Shown one piece after another: positions 39,564-47,556 of a stretch of DNA of 64,000 nucleotides. The stretch covers positions 15,774 to 79,773 of the forward strand of contig JBATUQ010000052.1 of the NCBI GenBank assembly GCA_049671285.1, given 5' to 3'. The notes under the pieces are model-generated. The model worked only from the letters and a program-made list of their open reading frames with translations. It was not told the DNA's origin and ran no database searches. The DNA is from Leeuwenhoekiella sp. GTDB lineage: Bacteria; Bacteroidota; Bacteroidia; Flavobacteriales; Flavobacteriaceae. The first letter of the stretch is position 1; each line of letters begins with the position of its first letter. Position numbers and translations under genes: made by a program.

Positions 39564-40280
39564 CTATCCCTCTTTTGTATTGTTAAGGCCCAGTTGGGCT
39601 TTTAGTCTTTCCAAATCGTCGTCGGCTTTGGCAACCGTGGTATCGGCGGCCTTGTCAAGTTCGTCATCAATGCTTTTTGAGGCATTGGCGATATCGCCGT
39701 AAGCCTCCGCAAGAGCTTCTTCCTGAGCGACCTTTTCCTTCATACGCTCCAGCATTGAAACCGTACCGCTGCTGTCAATTTCAGACATCTGCTTGTTCAG
39801 GTTTTTAGTTGCCGTGCTTACTTTTACGCGTGCTTTGAGCGTTTTAAGTTCGTTTTCCCAGTTGCTGATATTCGACTTTATGGTTTGAATATTCTTCTGT
39901 AGTTGAGCGACATTAGTATCAAACTTATCAGATTCCTTTTTTGCACGGTCCACGTGCTGCTGGGCTTCTTCTTTTTTGGTCAAAGCCTCTTTCGCCAAAC
40001 GATCAGCTTCGGCAGCATCCATCTCTTTGCTGTGCGCTTTTTTGAGGATGATGATGGCCTTGCTCTGGTAGTCTTCGGCTTTGTTTAAGTATTCGTCCTG
40101 GTCGTTCTTCGCACGAATTGCCAAGGCTTTGACCTGCGCGAGTGCTTCCAGGCTTTTCTCGAGATCCGCTTTCATATCGCGAATGCCCTGCTCGGTCATC
40201 TTGATGGGATCTTCCATATTGTCAATGGCCGAATTGGCTTCGGCCTCGCCTATCCTAAATAATCTTTTAAAAATGTTCAT
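39564..40280 (-). CDS. pspA: PspA/IM30/Vipp1-family protein (bacterial ESCRT-III superfamily)
   Basis: MNIFKRLFRIGEAEANSAIDNMEDPIKMTEQGIRDMKADLEKSLEALAQVKA follows the PspA consensus (M-IF-R...EDPEKML-Q-IRDM). 238 aa, all-helical, heptad-rich. Confidence 0.85.
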   Translation of the reverse strand: MNIFKRLFRIGEAEANSAIDNMEDPIKMTEQGIRDMKADLEKSLEALAQVKALAIRAKNDQDEYLNKAEDYQSKAIIILKKAHSKEMDAAEADRLAKEALTKKEEAQQHVDRAKKESDKFDTNVAQLQKNIQTIKSNISNWENELKTLKARVKVSTATKNLNKQMSEIDSSGTVSMLERMKEKVAQEEALAEAYGDIANASKSIDDELDKAADTTVAKADDDLERLKAQLGLNNTKEG

Positions 40281-40287
40281 GGTTCTT

Positions 40288-40325
40288 ATTATTACTATTG
40301 TTATTGTTATTGCTATTGCTATTCT
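40288..40325 (-). repeat. (TATTGY)6 on plus strand = (RCAATA)n in pspA sense, ending 8 nt before the pspA start codon
   Basis: TATTACTATTGTTATTGTTATTGCTATTGCTATTC. In the pspA-sense RNA it reads as ARN triplets (AAU AGC AAU AAC ...). Confidence 0.7.
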
Positions 40326-40399
40326 TTACTTGAGTAGGTTTAGAAGGAGTTTTTTGATTCTAGTCTCATATCTCATGTCTAAATTCTAATATCACATTT

Positions 40400-40795
40400 T
40401 CAATATTTACTGAACTCAATAATTTTGTCTGAATATTCACTCATTAATAGGCTTAGCGAATTCAGGCTGCCTTCGAGTTCGTTGAGATCCAGGTTTTCCA
40501 GCTGAAGCGTGTCCCGAAAAATTACCTTCTCGCCAGATTCATCAAGGACGAAAGCGCCGTGAATGATGTCCCTGTTTTTCTGAAGCAGGCTTTTGAAGAT
40601 TTTTTCGTTCTGGTTTCTAATTTTAAAAATGAACTGCTCCATAATCAGAATGGGTTCTGAAACGCCAAGGATCAAATTGTGAATACCAAAATTTTCCTTC
40701 TGAACGACTAGTATTCCGTCTTCCCGGTTTTCCTTGGTAATGTTGAAATTCAGTTCCAGCAGAAATTCTTTGGTGATGTTGAAATGATTTTTCAT
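40400..40795 (-). CDS. Small cytoplasmic protein, possibly YbjN-domain (T3SS-chaperone-like) family; first gene of the pspA operon
   Basis: 131 aa, mixed alpha/beta composition. Its size and its position directly upstream of pspA fit YbjN-like proteins. No diagnostic motif, so the family is a guess. Confidence 0.35.
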   Translation of the reverse strand: MKNHFNITKEFLLELNFNITKENREDGILVVQKENFGIHNLILGVSEPILIMEQFIFKIRNQNEKIFKSLLQKNRDIIHGAFVLDESGEKVIFRDTLQLENLDLNELEGSLNSLSLLMSEYSDKIIEFSKY

Positions 40796-40920
40796 CGATT
40801 GGTGTTGTTGATTATTATCAAAATTTTCAGCGGTTTAATACTACGAAAAAACTGTTGGAAAAATGCTAAAAATAATCCTTGGCAATGGTAATGAGGTAAA
40901 TAATAATGTTCATCATAATT

Positions 40921-41055
40921 GATTGATTTTTGATTGATCACAATTCTAGGACTGTTTTTTATCCTAATAACATTAGCATCTGTTAATCTAAATTGCTAAT
41001 ATTGTTAGTCAAATATACCAATAAAAATTAGTATTGCAAATTTTATTAGCAATTT
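40921..41055. promoter_or_regulatory. Divergent promoter/operator region between the pspA operon and the XRE regulator gene, with repeated TTAGCA(A)/TTGCTAA half-sites
   Basis: ATTAGCA-N15-TGCTAAT inverted repeat (40972-41001). More TTGCAAA and TTAGCAA copies at 41035-41052, ending 4 nt before the regulator start. TGATTGAT-TTT-TGATTGAT direct repeat at 40921-40939. Confidence 0.35.
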
Positions 41056-41817
41056 ATGTCCTATTTTGGAAAGAACATCAGAAAAATAAGAAGTGTCAAG
41101 ACCTTAAGTCAACAAGCATTTGCGGAGCTATTTGATTTAAAGAGAGGGACTTTGGGAGCTTATGAAGAAGGGAGAAGCGAACCTAAAATAGAAACGATAA
41201 TTAAAATTGCTAACTATTTTAGCATACCTATTGACGATTTGCTGACTAAAGAACTTACGGTAAACCGTTTGCTAAAGTTTAAAGGAGAACTGGCCATTGA
41301 ATCAGAAATTGAAAAACCACAAGCTTTAGCAGGTATCCCGCTAATCACTGAAAACAATACGGAAGATTATCTCTTACACGGCTGCAAGCCTGCTTTTATA
41401 AAGGATATGCAATTTATTAAGCTTCCACTAAATCCTGAGAAGGATTTTAGAGGGTATACCGTGAACAACCTGGAAATGGGAAGCTACGATAACGGACTAT
41501 TTCCCAATGACATCGTGATTGGAGAGCGCGTACCGCAGGAAGCGTATAAAAAATTAAACAAAGGAACACTGGTCTTCGTCATCGTGGAAGGAAAAATAAT
41601 CTTACGACGGCTATTTACCCTCAAAGAAAATTGTGTCCTGCGTGCAGATCATAAAAACGTCAGCGAACTAACATTTCCATTGAACGCCATTTCAGAAATG
41701 TGGCGGGTGCGCTATGTTTTTTACAGGAGGCTACCCGAGATGGGCTCAGACCTTGAGCAAAAACTTGAACTCCTCAAAATTGAGATAAGGGATGAACTTA
41801 AACGAAGTTTAAATTAG
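41056..41817 (+). CDS. XRE-family HTH transcriptional regulator with a C-terminal S24 (LexA/CI)-like beta-barrel domain lacking an obvious Ser-Lys dyad
   Basis: The N-terminus IRKIRSVKTLSQQAFAELFDLKRGTLGAYEEGRSEPKIETIIKIANYFSIPIDDLL is a Cro/C1 HTH. The C-terminal 130 aa follow the S24 peptidase fold pattern (GIPLITE...RGYTVNNLEMGS...NDIVIGERV...GTLVFVIVEGKIILRRLF). NNLEM stands in place of GDSM and RR in place of the Lys. It is divergent from the pspA operon. Confidence 0.7.
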   Translation: MSYFGKNIRKIRSVKTLSQQAFAELFDLKRGTLGAYEEGRSEPKIETIIKIANYFSIPIDDLLTKELTVNRLLKFKGELAIESEIEKPQALAGIPLITENNTEDYLLHGCKPAFIKDMQFIKLPLNPEKDFRGYTVNNLEMGSYDNGLFPNDIVIGERVPQEAYKKLNKGTLVFVIVEGKIILRRLFTLKENCVLRADHKNVSELTFPLNAISEMWRVRYVFYRRLPEMGSDLEQKLELLKIEIRDELKRSLN

Positions 41818-42788
41818 GAAGATACTGCTTCCACTTCTACCCGATGTGGAGCTTTTTCCAAATCTAAATCACCTTCTTCCTTAAGTTTTCGGCGCATTTG
41901 TTTGATGGTCAATGTACTTCCATCGTGGCTCCAGCCTGGAGGGCCAAAGGTATACATGAATTTATGTGCCCAGTTGGGAGACTTTTTCATGTCGCTCCAA
42001 ATGTCGCGATACTCGTGCGTCAAAATCACAAAAGGATTAAAACTGTTGGGCGGATGCGTTACTCCATATTCAATTTTGATATTATCATCAAGTTCCTTGA
42101 ACGTCCCAAACATACGGTCAAAAAGATTTAGGAAACCTCCGTGGTTTTTATCCATATATTCCAAGTTGCGGGAATGGTGTACCTGGTGCATGGTGTGGGT
42201 ATTCATGAATTTTTCGATGAATCCCAATTTGGGCACATATTGCGAATGCAACTGAAATTGCCAGAGCGCCTCAATACCCAAACAAACAATTAACATTTCT
42301 GGCGGAAATCCTATAGCAACGATCCAAACATAGAAAAGGGGTTTGTAAAAAATGGTGAACCATCCATTACGTACTGCTGTACCTAAATTAAAATTATCGG
42401 AAGAATGATGTACGATATGCGCCGCCCAAAAAAACCGCACCATATGGTTCTGCCGGTGAAACCAGTAATAAGAAAAATCATCGGCGATCTGGCAGAGAAG
42501 CCACACGTACCACGCATAACCAAAGCTTTCCCAACCAAAAACATTCATACGCACACCATCTACCAGCGGATTAAAAACATCATAGACCCACGTAAAGAGC
42601 AGGATCATAGTCACGGTTTTGATCAACGGCGCCAGCACGGCAGATCCAACTCCCATAAAAAGGCTGGAACCCAAATCTTTCCATTCGTACAACTGTTTAT
42701 CGCCGTGGGTATGACTGTAGGTAAGTTCAACCAGAATTAGGCCCAAAAAACAAGGAACTCCGTAAATAAGGGGATTATCAAAATCCAT
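41814..42788 (-). CDS. Sterol desaturase / fatty-acid hydroxylase superfamily membrane protein
   Basis: His boxes HRQNHMVRFFWAAHIVHHSS and HTMHQVHHSRN. Multiple TM helices. Confidence 0.8.
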   Translation of the reverse strand: MDFDNPLIYGVPCFLGLILVELTYSHTHGDKQLYEWKDLGSSLFMGVGSAVLAPLIKTVTMILLFTWVYDVFNPLVDGVRMNVFGWESFGYAWYVWLLCQIADDFSYYWFHRQNHMVRFFWAAHIVHHSSDNFNLGTAVRNGWFTIFYKPLFYVWIVAIGFPPEMLIVCLGIEALWQFQLHSQYVPKLGFIEKFMNTHTMHQVHHSRNLEYMDKNHGGFLNLFDRMFGTFKELDDNIKIEYGVTHPPNSFNPFVILTHEYRDIWSDMKKSPNWAHKFMYTFGPPGWSHDGSTLTIKQMRRKLKEEGDLDLEKAPHRVEVEAVSS

Positions 42789-42888
42789 AGGTTTTTTATT
42801 TTATTGAGTGAATCGGTTTACACCTTATCCAATTCTTATAACGTCAAAAATATGTTAATAAGTACCGAAAACGAAATATATTGGGGTC

Positions 42889-43662
42889 TTATAACATCTT
42901 GGCCTTTTCCCAAAAAACATCCATTTCGCTTAGCGTCATCGTTTCCAAGGACTTGCCATTTAATATGACTTGCTCTTCTAAATATCGAAACCGCTTTACG
43001 AATTTTTTGTTGGTACGTTCCAAAGCACTTTCGGGATCGATTTTTAAAAACCTTGCGTAGTTGATGAGCGAAAAAAGCACATCACCAAATTCGGCTTCCA
43101 TCTTTTCCTGATCTTGAGAAGCTACTTCTTCATTCAGCTCTTCCAGTTCTTCCCTGACTTTTTCAAAAACCTGCTGAGGCTCTTCCCAGTCAAAACCCAC
43201 ACCGGCTACTTTGTCCTGAATTCGGGTTGCCTTAACCAGCGCCGGCAGCGATCTCGGAACACCTTCCAAAACTGACTTCTTTCCTTCTTTCAGTTTCAAG
43301 TTTTCCCAATTGCGCTTTACTTCAGCCTCATCAGCTACCTCAACATCACTGTAAATATGTGGATGCCGAGAGATCAATTTTTCACAGATTTCATTGGCCA
43401 CATCGGCAATGTCAAAATCATTGGTTTCGCTGCCTATTTTGGCATAAAAAACCAAATGTAACAGGATATCACCAAGCTCCTTTTTTATTTCGACCAAGTC
43501 GTTATCCAGAATAGCATCACCCAGTTCGTAAGTTTCCTCAATCGTAAGGTGCCTCAACGATTGCATGGTCTGCTTTTTGTCCCAGGGGCACTGCTCCCGC
43601 AATTCGTCCATTATGGTCAAAAGGCGGTCAAAAGCTTGTAATTGTTGGGCTCTGCTATTCAT
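42889..43662 (-). CDS. mazG: Nucleoside triphosphate pyrophosphohydrolase MazG
   Basis: Tandem EE-xx-E/D MazG motifs (TIEETYELGDAI...ELGDILLHLVFYA and EELEELNEEV...EFGDVLFSLINYA). Confidence 0.9.
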   Translation of the reverse strand: MNSRAQQLQAFDRLLTIMDELREQCPWDKKQTMQSLRHLTIEETYELGDAILDNDLVEIKKELGDILLHLVFYAKIGSETNDFDIADVANEICEKLISRHPHIYSDVEVADEAEVKRNWENLKLKEGKKSVLEGVPRSLPALVKATRIQDKVAGVGFDWEEPQQVFEKVREELEELNEEVASQDQEKMEAEFGDVLFSLINYARFLKIDPESALERTNKKFVKRFRYLEEQVILNGKSLETMTLSEMDVFWEKAKML

Positions 43663-43670
43663 AGATGAAT

Positions 43671-44144
43671 TTATGCTTCTGTTTTTTCTTCGGAAGAAGA
43701 CGCATCACTTTCTGAATCTTCAGCTTCAGTTTCCGCTTCGGCCTTAGCCTCCGTATCATTAATAAAATCAAGCATATCGTGCTCGTGCAGCAAATTGTAC
43801 CACTGCACCACCTTTTTAATATCGCTGGCATAAACGCGATCCTCGTCAAAATTGGGCAGCACATCAAAGAAATAGGCTTCCAGGTCGTCTTTTGAGGATT
43901 TGTGATCAATAGCCCTTCCGCCGTCTTCCTTTTTATAGATATTCTGAAAAACCTCCTGCAACTGCACTTCTCCTCCCAACGTATATATGGCAATCTCCGA
44001 AAGCACACTTACATTGTGGCGCATACTTACAGGCATTTTTTTGCCATCGGTAAGGGATTCTGCAATAAAGCCGGTGCGTGTTCTGGCCCGCAAATGATAC
44101 AATCCCGGTTTTCCTGAAATCGATAATACTTTGTCTAAACTCAT
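43671..44144 (-). CDS. DUF5606-like conserved protein with acidic Ala/Glu-rich tail
   Basis: Position between def and mazG, and size (157 aa), match the Bacteroidota DUF5606 family. Assigned by context. Confidence 0.5.
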   Translation of the reverse strand: MSLDKVLSISGKPGLYHLRARTRTGFIAESLTDGKKMPVSMRHNVSVLSEIAIYTLGGEVQLQEVFQNIYKKEDGGRAIDHKSSKDDLEAYFFDVLPNFDEDRVYASDIKKVVQWYNLLHEHDMLDFINDTEAKAEAETEAEDSESDASSSEEKTEA

Positions 44145-44195
44145 ATAGTGTTCAATAATTGCTTTTTAATTTTTTTTCTTCGAAATCAATCCTGC

Positions 44196-44783
44196 TTACC
44201 TTCCTTTTTTCAGCGGAAATCGCATTCGGTAATCTGCATCGACCTTTCCTTTGCTGATATTCGCCAGCTTCCCTTTGATCAAGCGTTTCTTTAGGCTCGA
44301 CAACTTATCGGTAAACAAGATGCCCTCAATGTGGTCGTATTCGTGCTGAATGATTCGGGCGATTACGCCTTCATAGGTTTCGGTATAACTATTAAAATCG
44401 GTATCCTGGTAAGTAATGGTCAGTTTCGGTTTGCGGAAAACATCCTCAGAAATCCCCGGAATGCTCAAACAGCCTTCGCTGTAGCTCCATACATCACCGG
44501 TTTCATCGGTAATGGTCGCGTTAACGAAGGTTTTTTTAAATGCACTCAAGGCTTTACTTTCATCATCCTCAAAAGCCTCATCATCAGCCAGCGGACTCGC
44601 ATCAACAACAAACATACGAATGGGAAGTCCTATTTGTGGAGCCGCCAGGCCAATACCGCTGGCGCCGTACATCGTTTCGTACATATTTTTTTCCAGATCC
44701 TTGAGATCAGGATAGGCTTCTGTGATGGGCTTGGCTTTTTTCCTTAAAACCGAATCACCGTAAGCTACAATGGGTAAAATCAT
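44196..44783 (-). CDS. def: Peptide deformylase
   Basis: GIGLAAPQIG, EGCLSIPG and HEYDHIEG are the three deformylase motifs. Confidence 0.9.
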   Translation of the reverse strand: MILPIVAYGDSVLRKKAKPITEAYPDLKDLEKNMYETMYGASGIGLAAPQIGLPIRMFVVDASPLADDEAFEDDESKALSAFKKTFVNATITDETGDVWSYSEGCLSIPGISEDVFRKPKLTITYQDTDFNSYTETYEGVIARIIQHEYDHIEGILFTDKLSSLKKRLIKGKLANISKGKVDADYRMRFPLKKGR

Positions 44784-44810
44784 TCTTAATGAATATTGTT
44801 TATTTTACTA

Positions 44811-45224
44811 TTAAAATGCCGCAGAACCCAAATAGGACTGCAATATAATCGTGGCACTCACTTCGTCTAAAAGAGCTTTGTTTTGCCTTTTTTTCTTTTT
44901 TACGCCCGAAGTTAAAAGCGAAGCCGCTGCCATTTTTGAGGTGAATCGCTCGTCGACCCGTTTTATGGGAATCGTCGTGCTCTGCTCCAACTGCTGGCGA
45001 AATTTTAAAATCTCGGCTTCAATGGCGGAAGCTTCGTTGTTCATCCGTTTGGGTTCCCCGAGCAGGATCAACTCTACATTTTCCTGTTCCAGATACTCCT
45101 TTAAAAACGGAAGCAGCTCAACCGTCGCTACGGTTTTTAATCCGCTGGCAATGAGTTTTAACTCATCGGTGACGGCAATACCGGTGCGTTTTGCCCCATA
45201 GTCTAAAGCGAGAATCCGTGCCAT
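44811..45224 (-). CDS. ruvX: Holliday-junction resolvase-like protein RuvX/YqgF
   Basis: MARILALDYGAKRTGIAVTD is the YqgF N-terminal motif. Start taken at the internal ATG. Confidence 0.85.
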   Translation of the reverse strand: MARILALDYGAKRTGIAVTDELKLIASGLKTVATVELLPFLKEYLEQENVELILLGEPKRMNNEASAIEAEILKFRQQLEQSTTIPIKRVDERFTSKMAAASLLTSGVKKKKRQNKALLDEVSATIILQSYLGSAAF

Positions 45225-45590
45225 TATAAATTTTCGCAAAAATAAGGCATTATAACTTATCTGTTGAATTCTTGGCGATTTATAACAGCGAAGGTATCTT
45301 TGAGGCGATAACTATTTTTTGGGCCAAAGGCATAACAGTTTTTATGATCAGCGCTTTTCAACTTTTCTGAAGCTTTTTTCTTGTCGTTTACATAGTCGTA
45401 TTGATCGGTTTTGCTTTCAGCGGAAAAAGAAAAAAGGTTGAAAACCTGAGAACCATTATTGCAATGCCTGCCGGACTTTTGTTCGGATGGCTGGGTTGGA
45501 CCGCTTTGAATAATCAATTAAAGCTTTGGTCAAGCAACTCAAAAGAGTTGGAAATCAGAAAGCAAATGGAAATATAAAAAGCCAGGAATA

Positions 45591-45620
45591 ACAATAGCAA
45601 TAGCAATAGCAATAGCAATT
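45591..45620 (+). repeat. (CAATAG)5 hexanucleotide microsatellite 25 nt upstream of the dapD start
   Basis: AACAATAGCAATAGCAATAGCAATAGCAATT. The same hexamer family, (CAATAG/CAATAA)n in gene sense, lies immediately 5' of pspA at 40288-40325. Confidence 0.7.
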
Positions 45621-45645
45621 AAAATAACAATTCAAATAAACAACC

Positions 45646-46461
45646 TTGGAACAAGTAAAAAACATCATCAAAAAAGCGTGGGACGACCGTTCCTTATTAA
45701 AGGATAAAGTCACTCAAGATACCATCCGCGAGGTCATCGAGATGATCGACAGCGGTAACCTACGTGTCGCAGAACCCGACGGGGACGACTGGAAAATCAA
45801 TGAGTGGGTCAAGAAAGCTGTAGTCCTCTATTTCCCCATTCAGAAAATGGAAAAGATAGAAGTCGGCATTTTTGAATACCACGATAAAATGCCATTAAAG
45901 AGAGGCTACCAGGACAAAGGCATCCGGGTGGTACCTCACGCCGTGGCCCGCCACGGAGCGTATATTTCGAGCGGGGTAATCTTGATGCCTAGCTATGTCA
46001 ATATCGGCGCATATGTGGACGAAGGCACAATGGTAGATACCTGGGCGACGGTTGGTAGTTGTGCCCAAATTGGCAAAAATGTGCATTTGAGCGGTGGCGT
46101 GGGTATAGGTGGCGTTTTAGAACCCTTGCAGGCGTCTCCCGTAATAATCGAGGACAATGCATTTATCGGTTCACGGTGTATTGTGGTAGAAGGTGTTCGG
46201 GTAGGTAAGGAAGCGGTTCTTGGCGCGAATGTAGTGCTGACCGGTTCAACTAAAATAATCGATGTGACCGGCGACAAACCTTTTGAAACCAAGGGATTTG
46301 TTCCTCCTCGATCTGTGGTCATCCCCGGAAGCTATACCAAAGAATTTCCTGCCGGAAGTTACAACGTACCCTGCGCCCTGATCATTGGGCAGCGTAAGGA
46401 AAGTACCAACAAAAAAACTTCGCTAAACGATGCGCTACGGGAATATGATGTAGCTGTTTAG
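45646..46461 (+). CDS. dapD: 2,3,4,5-tetrahydropyridine-2,6-dicarboxylate N-succinyltransferase
   Basis: Left-handed beta-helix hexapeptide repeats (GAYVDEGTMVDTWATVGSCAQIGKNVHLSGGVGIGG...). 271 aa. TTG start per the ORF track. Confidence 0.85.
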   Translation: MEQVKNIIKKAWDDRSLLKDKVTQDTIREVIEMIDSGNLRVAEPDGDDWKINEWVKKAVVLYFPIQKMEKIEVGIFEYHDKMPLKRGYQDKGIRVVPHAVARHGAYISSGVILMPSYVNIGAYVDEGTMVDTWATVGSCAQIGKNVHLSGGVGIGGVLEPLQASPVIIEDNAFIGSRCIVVEGVRVGKEAVLGANVVLTGSTKIIDVTGDKPFETKGFVPPRSVVIPGSYTKEFPAGSYNVPCALIIGQRKESTNKKTSLNDALREYDVAV

Positions 46462-46497
46462 AGCAGGTTCAATCTGAATTATCGACAGTTTACGGTT

Positions 46498-47556
46498 ATG
46501 AAAATCCTGGTAATCCAGCAAAAAATGATAGGCGACGTGCTCACGTCGTCTATTTTATTTGAGGCCCTTCGGAAAAAATATCCAGAGGCAAAGCTGCATT
46601 ACCTCATTCAGCGGCATACGGTTGCGGTGGTTGAAAACAATCCCTATATCGACGAGGTTGTTTTTGACCTGGAGGACGAAGCAGGTGATACGGTTTCTTT
46701 CTTTGAATTTTCAAAAAGGATCAAATCTGAAAAGTACGATGTGGTTATTGATGCATATTCTAAAATAGGAAGCGCAGCATTAACTTTCGCCAGCGGCGCC
46801 AAAATGCGTATTGGCTACCGTAAAAGCTACACCCGCCTGGCCTATAACCACACGTTTAACTATGACCGCCAACCCAGAACCGATGCTGGTCTTGCCATTG
46901 AAAATAGATTAAAATTATTAACGCCACTGCTCGATCAGGTTCTTAAACCCGTCAAGCCCAAAATATATTTGACGGATGAGGAGATCGCTTCCGCGAAAAA
47001 ACTTTTGGCAAAGCATAATCTTTTCGACGAAGAAAATTTAATAATGATTTCCGCTTTGGGAAGTTCTGAAGCCAAAACCTACCCACTGGCCTATATGGCC
47101 GAAGTACTTGACCGAATTGCCCAGAAAACCGATGCACTAATGTTTGTGAATTATATACCACAGCAAAGGCCACTCATCGATACCTTACTGCAAAGCTGTC
47201 AACCGGAAACTTTGAAACAGATTAAACCTGAAGTCTATGCAAAAGGCTTACGCGAATTTCTGGCATTGCTTTCTCAGTGCACCGCAATTATAGGCAATGA
47301 AGGTGGTGCCATCAATATGGCAAAAGCGCTCGACCTGCCTACTTATTCCATTTACAGTCCGGCAACGCGTAGGGAGGCTTGGGACTCTTTTGGTAGCGAC
47401 AAACAGGTTTCGGTGCACTATTTTGATCACGATCCCGGAATGTTTGTTGGAGGTTCAGGAAAACAGGTAAAAAAACTGGCACCAGAAATGTACAGCCGTT
47501 TTATTCCCGAGTTGCTTTTTGAAACCTTGGAGGCATTTCTTAAAAAAGTCGTCTAA
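46498..47556 (+). CDS. Family 9 glycosyltransferase (heptosyltransferase-like)
   Basis: MKILVIQQKMIGDVLTSSILFEALRKKYPEAKLHYLI is the GT9 N-terminal signature. 352 aa. Confidence 0.8.
   Translation: MKILVIQQKMIGDVLTSSILFEALRKKYPEAKLHYLIQRHTVAVVENNPYIDEVVFDLEDEAGDTVSFFEFSKRIKSEKYDVVIDAYSKIGSAALTFASGAKMRIGYRKSYTRLAYNHTFNYDRQPRTDAGLAIENRLKLLTPLLDQVLKPVKPKIYLTDEEIASAKKLLAKHNLFDEENLIMISALGSSEAKTYPLAYMAEVLDRIAQKTDALMFVNYIPQQRPLIDTLLQSCQPETLKQIKPEVYAKGLREFLALLSQCTAIIGNEGGAINMAKALDLPTYSIYSPATRREAWDSFGSDKQVSVHYFDHDPGMFVGGSGKQVKKLAPEMYSRFIPELLFETLEAFLKKVV

Noticed and set aside
41056-41817. Prophage inferred from the CI-like XRE/S24 repressor
   Set aside because: No integrase, terminase, capsid, tail or other phage genes appear anywhere in the window. 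The regulator is a lone gene facing a non-phage operon.
45257-45517. 86-aa minus-strand ORF between ruvX and dapD
   Set aside because: It lies in the divergent promoter region of ruvX and dapD. It has no start-codon context or motif. The opposite strand carries a more plausible, though unproven, ~58-aa small membrane ORF and the (CAATAG)n repeat.
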